The notes beneath the pieces are model-generated. The model was not told the origin of the DNA. It searched no databases and saw only the letters and a list, made by a program, of their open reading frames with translations. A stretch of 64,000 nt of DNA, from the NCBI GenBank assembly GCA_051362555.1, contig CM120645.1:17794001-17858000 (forward strand). The letters run 5' to 3'. The translations under genes and the position numbers were made by a program. The number at the start of each line of letters is the position of its first letter. Positions within the stretch are counted from its first letter, which is position 1. Source of the stretch: Lingula anatina (taxonomy: Eukaryota > Animalia > Brachiopoda). Shown here in pieces: positions 54,094 through 64,000 of the stretch.

Positions 54094-57000
54094 AACAGTA
54101 ACATGCACCACAATGAGAACGAACACAACGAAAAAAAGTAAAAAAAATAGCTGCACACAGTCATCACAGTATGTACAAACTCATTCAGTTACAATACAGA
54201 AAAGACACAGCAGACAGAATATAAACAGACACATAGAGATACAGTGACAACACCATCATGCAGAGTAATAGTAATGATTACAAACAAATAGAGTGACAAA
54301 ACTGACATACACAGTGCTCACAATAAATACAAACATCAACAGTAACAACACAAACATGCACAGTAACCAAAATAAATAAAAACAAACACAGTAAAAATAC
54401 AGACAAACACAGTAATTAGAAAAAATTTGACGTGTACAGTGACAACAGTAACGTTAACCCTAATGGGAATGAACACAAGGAAAAAGAGTGAAAACAAAGT
54501 TATACACAGTTATCACAATATATATAAACACATTCAGTAACAATACAGAATAGACAAAGCAAACAGCATATAAACAGACACATAGACAAAGTGACAACAG
54601 CATCACGCAGAGTAATGGTAATGATAACAAACAAATAGAGTAAAAAAAAAACTGACATACACAGTGCTCACAATAAATAGAAACATCAACATAAAAAAAC
54701 TGACATAAACAGTGGTCAAAATAAATATTAACATGTACAGTGACAATAATAACATGCACAATAATCAAAATGAATACAAACAAACAGTCACAATACAGAC
54801 ATACACAGTGATCAGAATAAATTTTAACATGTACAGTGACCATACAACCATGCATGGTAACAAGAGTTCACAAATTAATCGGGTGATTACACAGTCATAC
54901 ACAGTGATCACAATATATATACAAACACATTCAATGACAATACAGAATGGAAACAGTTATCAGAGTATAAACAGACACATAAACTATAATGACAGTGACA
55001 TCACCAACATGCACAGTTAAAATTATGACTAAAAATAAATAAACAGACAAAAATGACATCCACATTGCTGACAATAGATATAAACACAAACAGTGCCAAT
55101 GCTAAAATGCAAAGTGTTCAAAATGACTACAAACAAATAGAGTGACAAAACTGACATACACAGTGCTCACAATAAATACAAACACGAACAGTGACAACAC
55201 AAACATGCACAGTAATCAAAATAAATAAAATCAAGCACAGTCAAAACACAGACATACACAGTGATTAGAAAAAAATTTCACATGAACAGTGACAACAGTA
55301 ATGTGCAACATAATGAGAACGAACACAACGAAAAAATGTAAAAAACATAGCTGCACACAGTCATGCACAGTATGTACAAACTCATTCAGTAACAATACAG
55401 AATAGACACAGCAAACAGAATATAAACAGACACAGAGATACAGTGACAACACCATCATGCAGAGTAATAGTAATGATTGCAAACAAATAGAGTGACAAAA
55501 CTGACATACACAGTGCTCACAATAAATACAAACATGAACAGTGACAACACAAACATGCACAGTAACCAAAATAAATACAAACAAATGCAGTCACAAAACA
55601 GACATACACAGTGATTAGAAAAAAATTTCACATGTACAGTGACAACAGTAACATTTACCGTAATAAGAATGAACACAAGGAAAAAGAGTGAAAACAAAGT
55701 TATACACAGTCATCACATAATGTACAAACACATTCAGTAACAATACAGAATAGACACAGCAGACAGAATATAAAGAGACACAGAGATACAGTGACAACAC
55801 AATCATAGAGAGAAATAGTAATGATTACATAGAAACACAGTCACAATACAGACATGCACAGTGATCAGAATAAATTTTAACATGTACAGTGACCACACAA
55901 CCATGCATAGTAACAAGAATAAATTAAAACAAACACAGTAAAAATATAGACAAATACAGTAATTAGAAACAAATTTCACTTGTACAGTGACAACAGTAAC
56001 ATTTGCCGTAATAAGAATGAACACAACGAAAAACAGTGAAAACGAAGTTGTACACAGTCATCTCATAATGTACAAACACATTCAGTAACAATACAGAATA
56101 GACACAGCAAAGACAATATAAACAGACACATAGACATACAGTGACAACACCATCACGCAGAGTAATAGTAATGATTACAAACAAATAGAGTGACAAAACT
56201 GACATAAACAGTGCTCACAATAAATACAAACATCAACAGTAACAACACCAACAAACACAGTAATCAAAATAAATACAAAGAAACAGTCACAATACAGTCA
56301 TACACAGTGATCAGAATAAATTTTGACATGTACAGTGAAAAAAGTATGATTCACCATAATAAGACTGAACAAAACGAAAAAGAGTGAAAGCGAAGTTGTA
56401 CACAGTCATCTCATAATGTACAAACATATTCAGTAACAATACAGAATAGACACAGCAGACAGAATATAAAGAGACACATAGAGATACAGTGACAACACCA
56501 TCATGCAGAGTAATAATAATGATTACAAACAAATAGAGTGACAAAACTGACTTGTATAGTGACAACAGTAACATTTGCCGTAATAAGAATGAACACAACG
56601 AAAAACAGTGAAAACGAAGTTGTACACAGTCATCTCATAATGTACAAACACATTCAGTAACAATACAGAATAGACACAGCAAAGAGAATATAAACAGACA
56701 CATAGACATACAGTGAAAACACCATCACGCAGAGTAATAGTAATGATTACAAACAAATAGAGTGACAAAACTGACATAAACAGTGCTCACAATAAATACA
56801 AACATCAACAGTAACAACACCAACAAACACAGTAATCAAAATAAATGCAAACAAAATGTCACAAAACAGACATACACAGCGATTAGGAAAAAAATTCACA
56901 TGTACAGTGACAACAGTAACATTCACCGTATGAACACAACGAAAAACAGTGAAAACGAAGTTGTACATAGTCATCTCATAATGTACAAACACATTCAGTA

Positions 57001-60000
57001 ACAATACAGAATAGACACAGCACACAGAATATAAAGAGACACAGAGATACAGTGACAACACAATCATGCAGAGCAATAGTAATGATAACAAACAAATAGA
57101 GTGACAAAACTGACATACACAGTGCTCACAATAAATACAAACACGAACAGTGACAACACAAACATGCACAGTAACCAAAATAAATACAAACAAATGCAGT
57201 CACAAAACAGACATACACAGTGATTAGAAAAAAATTTCACATGAACAGTGACAACAGTAACATTTACCGTAATAAGAATGAACACAACGAAAAACAGTGA
57301 AAACGAAGTTGTACACAGTCATCTCATAATGTACAAACGCATTCAGTAACAATACAGAATAGACACAGCAAAGAGAATGTAAACAGACACATAGACAATA
57401 CAGTGACAACACCATCATGCAGAGTAATAGTAATGATTACAAACAAATAGAGTGACAAAACTGACATACACAGTGCTCACAATAAATACAAACATCAACA
57501 GTAACAACAGCAACAAACACAGTAATCAAATTAAATGCAAACAAAAACAGTCACAAAACAGACATACACAGTGATTAGGAAAAAAATTCACATGAACAGT
57601 GACAACAGTAACATTCACCGTAATAAGAATGAACACAACGAAAAAGAGTGAAAACGAAGTTGTACACAGTCATCTCATAATGTACAAACATATTCAGTAA
57701 CAATACAGAATAGACACAGCAGACAGAATATAAAGAGACACATAGAGATACAGTCACAACACCATCATACAGAGAAATAGTAATGATTACATAGAAACAC
57801 AGTCACAATACAGACATGCACAGTGATCTGAATAAATTTTAACATGTACAGTAATGCGTAACCATGCATAGTAACAAGAATAAATTAAAACAAACACAGT
57901 AAAAATATAGACAAACACAGTAATTAGAAACAAATTTCACTTGTACAGTGACAACAGTAACATTTACCGTAATAAGAGTCATCTCATAATGTACAAACAC
58001 ATTCAGTAACAATACAGAATAGACACAGCACACAGAATATAAGAGACACAGAGATAAACTGACAACACCATCATGCAGAGTAATAGTAATGATTACAAAC
58101 AAATAGAGTGACAAAACTGACATACACAGTGCTCAAAATAAATACAAACACGAATAGTGACAACACAAACATGCACAGTAACCAAAATAAATAAAAACAA
58201 ACAGTAAAAATACAGACAAACACAGTAATTAGAAACAAATTTCACATGTACAGTGACAACAGAAACATTTATCGAAATGAGAATGAACACAACGAAAAAG
58301 AGTGAAAACGAAGTTGTACACAGTCATCTCATAATGTACAAACACATTCAGTAACAATAAAGAATAGACACAGCAGACAAAATATAAAGAGACACATAGA
58401 GATACAGTGACAACACCATCATACAGAGAAATAGTAATGATTACATAGAAACAGTCACAATACAGACATGCACAGTGATCAGAATAAATTTTAACATGTA
58501 CAGTGACCACACAACCATGCATAGTAACAAGAATAAATAAAAACAAACACAGTAAAAATATAGACAAACACAGTAATTAGAAACAAATTTCACTTGTACA
58601 GTGACAACAGTAACATTTGCCGTAATAAGAATGAACACAACGAAAAACAGTGAAAATGAAGTTGTACACAGTCATCTCATAATGTACAAACACATTCAGT
58701 AACAATACAGAATAGACACAGCAAAGAGAATATAAACAGACACATAGACATACAGTGAAAACACCATCACGCAGAGTATAATAGTAATGATTACAAACAA
58801 ATATAGTGACAAAACTGACATAAACAGTGCTCACAATAAATACAAACATCAACAGTAACAACACCAACAAACACAGTAATCAAAATAAATACAAAGAAAC
58901 AGTCACAATACAGTCATACACAGTGATCAGAATAAATTTTGACATGTACAGTGAAAAAAGTATGATTCACCATAATAAGACTGAACAAAACGAAAAAGAG
59001 TGAAAGCGAAGTTGTACACAGTCATCTCATAATGTACAAACATATTCAGTAACAATACAGAATAGACACAGCAGACAGAATATAAAGAGACACATAGAGA
59101 TACAGTGACAACACCATCATGCAGAGTAATAATAATGATTACAAACAAATAGAGTGACAAAACTGACTTGTACAGTGACAACAGTAACATTTGCCGTAAT
59201 AAGAATGAACACAACGAAAAACAGTGAAAACGAAGTTGTACACAGTCATCTCATAATGTACAAACACATTCAGTAACAATACAGAATAGACACAGCAAAG
59301 AGAATATAAACAGGCACATAGACATACAGTGAAAACACCATCACGCAGAGTAATAGTAATGATTACAAACAAATAGAGTGACAAAACTGACATAAACAGT
59401 GCTCACAATAAATACAAACATCAACAGTAACAACACCAACAAACACAGTAATCAAAATAAATACAAAGAAACAGTCACAATACATTCATACACAGTGATC
59501 AGAATAAATTTTGACATGTACAGTGACAAAAGTAAGATTGACCATAATAAGACTGAACAAAACAAAAAAGAGTGAAAACGAAGTTGTACACAGTCATCTC
59601 ATAATGTACAAACATATTCAGTAACAATACAGAATAGACACAGCAGACAGAATATAAAGAGACACGTAGAGATACAGTGACAACACCATCATACAGAGTA
59701 ATAATAATGATTACAAACAAATAGAGTGACAAAACTGACATAAACAGTGCTCACAATAAATACAAACATCAACAGTAACAACAGCAACAAACACAGTAAT
59801 CAAAATAAATGCAAACAAAATGTCACAAAACAGACATACACAGCGATTAGGAAAAAAATTCACATGTACAGTGACAACAGTAACATTCACCGTATGAACA
59901 CAACGAAAAACAGTGAAAACGAAGTTGTACATAGTCATCTCATAATGTACAAACACATTCAGTAACAATACAGAATAGACACAGCACACAGAATATAAAG

Positions 60001-60590
60001 AGACACAGAGATACACTGACAACACAATCATGCAGAGCAATAGTAATGATAACAAACAAATAGAGTGACAAAACTGACATACACAGTGCTCAAAATAAAT
60101 ACAAACACGAACAGTGACAACACAAACATGCACAGTAACCAAAATAAATAAAAACAAACACAGTAAAAATACAGACAAAAACAGTAATTAGAAACAAATT
60201 TCACTTGTACAGTGACAACAGTAACATTTACTGTAATAAGAATGAACACAACGAAAAAGAGTGAAAACGAAGCTGTACACAGTTATCTCATAATGTGCAA
60301 ACACTTTCAGTTACAATACAGAATAGACACAGCAGACAGAATATAAAGAGACACATAGAGATACAGTGACAACACCATCATACAGAGTAATAGTAATGAT
60401 TACATACAAACACAGTCACAATACAGACATACACAGTGATCAGAATAAATTTTAACATGTATAGTGACCACACAACCATGCATAGTAACAAGAATAAACA
60501 CAAATTAATCGGGTGATTACACAGTCATACACAGTGATCACAATAAATAGAAACATCAACATAAAAAAACTGACATAAACAGTGGTCAAA
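54094..60590 (-). repeat. Satellite array, inverted orientation, with a ~2.6-kb duplication
   Basis: Spurious ORF pairs 56311/58927 and 56523/59139 (offset 2616); 50869/58093 (offset 7224). Confidence 0.96.
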
Positions 60591-61523
60591 CTACAATTAA
60601 GATAATTAATTGTATTTATGTAGGAAATGGTTTGTTTTTAGTGGTGGTAATAGCTTTGTTGGTAATCCATCTACGCTTTGTTTATAGGAAGTAGTCTGGG
60701 TTTAGGTCTTGTGTCTGCACATTTTGATCTTAAGTAGTTGACCAAGGCAAGGTGATAACAGATGTCCAGGGTCAAATTGTCTTAGCTGCTGTGTATCCAG
60801 GCACACAGTTAATTTTATATGAGTTTTAGGAAACTACTTCTTGCGAGCTGCATCAGCGAGAAGTCATTCAGCCTTTTAGCTGCGATGATATGTACACGCA
60901 ATTTCAGCAGCTTCACAGTATTATAATTTCTTGCGTTTCTTTATTTTAATTTTACATTGGTTACCAGCCATCAACTTTTGTGATTTCAAGATTTGGGGAC
61001 GGCCAGTTTCTTGATACTTGGTGACTGTATTTTCTTCGGATATTATTCTGTTTTTCCAAGCCACCAGTTTTGTTATCAAGTTTCGGCGATGGCTGTTTCC
61101 TTTTATTTGGGAGACTTCAACTTCAAGTTCTTGGATCATACACAGGCCAGTAATTTTATATTATCTTCATTTCCCCCTTATTCACGTGTTCTAATAATCA
61201 GATTTATAGTCTGTCATGTGCTGCAGTTGTTAATTAATTTGTTTAGATGTCACTTTATCGTGTTATTCTTCAATTTTTGTTTTCCTCTTTGTGTGTAGCT
61301 ATTTTATTCATATTGATATTTTTACCGGGCCAGGAATTCCGCTGTTTTTACATTTTCGGCTGTCGTTGACATGCCGTAATCTGTACGTTTCTGTCTTCAT
61401 ATTGTTTCTGTGTCCGCATTACCAGGTGCCGTGTTTTTATGGGTTTCTGGTCGACTAGGCTACATGCATTTTTGGAGTTGTTATGCTCTTTGTTTTGGGT
61501 GTACTTCCCCGTTGTTTACTTGT

Positions 61524-61820
61524 TCTGGGTGTATTTCCCAGGTGTTTAATTGTTTGCCTAGTAGTGAGAGCCCTGTGTGGTATCTGGTATACTAGGTTCT
61601 GGGAGTTTTTCCCAGGTGTTTAATTGTTTGCCTAGTAGTGAGAGCCCTGTGTGGTATCTGGTATACTAGGCTCTGGGAGTATTTCCCAGGTGTTTAATTG
61701 ATTGCCTAGTAGTGAGAGCCCTGTGTGGTATCTGGTATACTAGGTCCTGGGTGTATTTCCCAGGTTTTTTAATTGTTTGCCTAGTAGTGAGAGCCCTGTG
61801 TGGTATCTGGTATACTAGGT
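61524..61820. repeat. 74-bp minisatellite (4 copies)
   Basis: GTAGTGAGAGCCCTGTGTGGTATCTGGTATACTAGG at 61561, 61635, 61709 and 61784. Confidence 0.93.
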
Positions 61821-62168
61821 TTTTATTTTGGGGAGTTGTTATACTCCTGGTTTTTGGGGAGTCACCCAGCTGTTTGTGTGTTTGTCTAGTCAATTTTTAC
61901 CGGATATCCCTGTTTTCAAATGCAAGGCTGAGCTGAGGCTGTTGCCTGCTTGGATAGGCTCTGGCGGCGGACTAGGAAATATAATATATATATTTTTTTG
62001 TTACACTTTTAATAAAACTATGGCTTATGGCATATCTACTCAGGCTATTTGTGGGTAGATGCCGTTTACTTTATTTACCTGGCCCGAAGAATTTTCTTTT
62101 TGATTATGTCATATGTACATTCAGTTGCCTTAGTGTGACCTTATTAGTTTCCTTTGTCTTTAGTTACT

Positions 62169-63532
62169 ATGCCTCCCAAGGCCACTCCCGGGAGGAGTAG
62201 GCGGCCGAGGATGTCGGGTGTCTCCAATGCGCGCTCAGTTTCCAGCATACGACGACCGGCTGCGGCATCAACTGCTACTAGAAGCAAGAGGCCGAGACCC
62301 ACCGCCGCACCTACTTCAGAGACGGAATCGACCTCTACTACACCTGTTATCGACTATGATTTGTTGGCACAGCGTATTATTGCTCACCAAACTGCATCAA
62401 ACACAGAGATGTCGAGCGCTTCTTCTTCCGACCCCTCCCTTCAAGAGGCTCATGTTCAACAGCAGATACACAGTATCAGTGGTCTGATCGACAATGTTTT
62501 CACAGGTGAGAGTCATGCCACTTCAGCTCTACCTGTAGATTTAACTGATGGCATTCCTTTAGGAGCTTTAATTCCACCCAAATTGAAGCAAAAGATTTGG
62601 AACAATGAGTTTATAGATTTCCGGCTCCTTCTTCCCTCCAACCATAATGATGATTTCGCTATCAAGGTCCAGCCAATGAAATTTGAAGTGATCCATATGC
62701 CCTCGCAGAAATCGCCGATTACGCTTTACCAATGGACGGATGCCTTTTTTGTCTTTTCAGCGATTTTCTTACAAAAATTTCCAAACGAGTCTGTGAACTT
62801 ACTTAAGTACGGTTCAACTATTAGAGAATTAAAGGGATAATAACTCTTCGTATAAGATCTATATTTCACAATCAAAACATTGTGAACAACTCATAGAAAT
62901 ATAATATATTCTTTTGTACCACAAAAACTGCAGTTATAGCTATTATTCTGATATCTGAGCTTGTCTTTAGACCACGTGACCTCCATTGATGGCTATACTC
63001 TGTTATAATCTCTTAAGAGATTTTAACAAAAAACCAAACTTTCTAGAAAAAAACCAGGGACTAACTTTGAATGTAGAAATGGATTCATTAACCATTGGTA
63101 AATATGGGAAAATTGTTGTTTACTCCAGGAAAATTAATTTTTTGGCCAAAACAAAGAGTTATTATCCCTTTAAGTAAGCTTCCCAATGCTAATGCTTGGC
63201 GTATTTATGATGACGCCTTTCGCAAATTACGAGCAACATCACTGGTCCCGTGGGAAAAAGTTATCCCCGAGTTACGGTTAAAAGTGGCAACCATGAATGT
63301 TTCTCCCCCTTTTCTACGTCCATTTCGTCAAGGCGTCTGTTTTGCCTTTAATCGGGGGGAAAAATGTGTCACTAGTCCATGCAAATATAAGCACTGTTGC
63401 CAGCACTGCCAGGGATCACATCCTAGAATCAAATGCCGCACCCACCCTGCCCAGTTGCAGTCTCCGCCCACAAAATTGTCTCCCAACTCCAATAAACCAT
63501 ACCCAGTTACAGCTGGAACTTCAAGGTTATGA
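62169..63532 (+). pseudogene. gag: Ngaro-like Gag, split by a Kolobok-type MITE (about 340 aa when restored)
   Basis: LKQKIWNNEFIDF, WTDAFFVF, LLKY...IREL|SKLP..WRIYDDAFR, C-terminal CFAFN...C...CKYKHCCQHCQGSH...C fingers. MITE removal restores the frame. Confidence 0.85.
62833..63169. mobile_element. Kolobok-type MITE (337 bp)
   Basis: Perfect 15-bp TIR AGGGATAATAACTCT/AGAGTTATTATCCCT and TTAA TSD. Confidence 0.88.
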
Positions 63533-64000
63533 TCCTCATAAGGTTATTTTTCTCATCAATGGTATTTCCAAGGGTTTCCGCCTACATTGCACCGCTACTC
63601 CTAGTATTCACACTCCTCATAATCATTTATCAGCACGTGCTCATCCTGGTGCGATTTTGGATTACATTGAATCGGGTTTATCTTCTGGGCGGATTGCTGG
63701 CCCATTTTTTACTCCCCCTCTTACAGATTTTAAATGTTCACCATTACACGTTATTCCTAAATCTGAGCCTCAAAAATTCCGTGTTATTCACGACCTTTCC
63801 TATCCCCACCTGGACTCGGTTACTTCTAATATTCCCATTCTCTTGGAATGGTTTATTTTATTATGAGAAATGTTTGCCCATGGGTGCCAGCTGTTCGTGC
63901 CAAATATTTGAATCACTGAGTACAGCTCTACAATGGATTATGTTGGAAAAATTTCATGCCTCGGCCATGTCCCATATACTGGATGATTTCTGTTTCATTG
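63470..64000 (+). pseudogene. pol: Ngaro-like reverse transcriptase (partial, internally deleted, runs off the window)
   Basis: LPTPIN, GFRL, NHLSA, GRIAGPF, SPLHVIPK, FRVIHDLSYP; after a deletion/frameshift at ~63838, CLPMGASCSCQIFE and HILDDF. Confidence 0.88.

Noticed and set aside
60700-61400. Possible LINE ORF1 (coiled coil plus an INCVPG esterase-like motif) on the minus strand
   Set aside because: Too many stops and only one weak motif; cannot be supported without a profile search.

Overview
AT-rich eukaryotic (probably lophotrochozoan, e.g. molluscan; inference) heterochromatic DNA with no intact host gene. The backbone is a strongly strand-biased satellite built from a ~49-bp monomer (21+28 bp sub-units) organised into ~350-bp, ~1.05-kb, ~2.6-kb and ~4.37-kb higher-order repeats. 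It switches orientation at ~41,437. Decayed transposons are inserted into it, several of them nested: tyrosine-recombinase retrotransposons of three lineages (DIRS1-like 18.5-26.5 kb, PAT-like 41.6-47.4 kb with split direct repeats, Ngaro-like from ~62 kb), a spliced SWIM-YqaJ-PHD transposon accessory pseudogene, two CMC/EnSpm-type TIR elements, Harbinger-, Kolobok- and IS3EU-type MITEs, Helentron-like (HINE) elements with internal tandem arrays, a solo LTR, a deleted LTR element and a palindromic insertion. Most ORFs in the supplied track are artefacts of the TG-rich satellite. All family assignments come from motifs and terminal structures read by eye, not from database searches.
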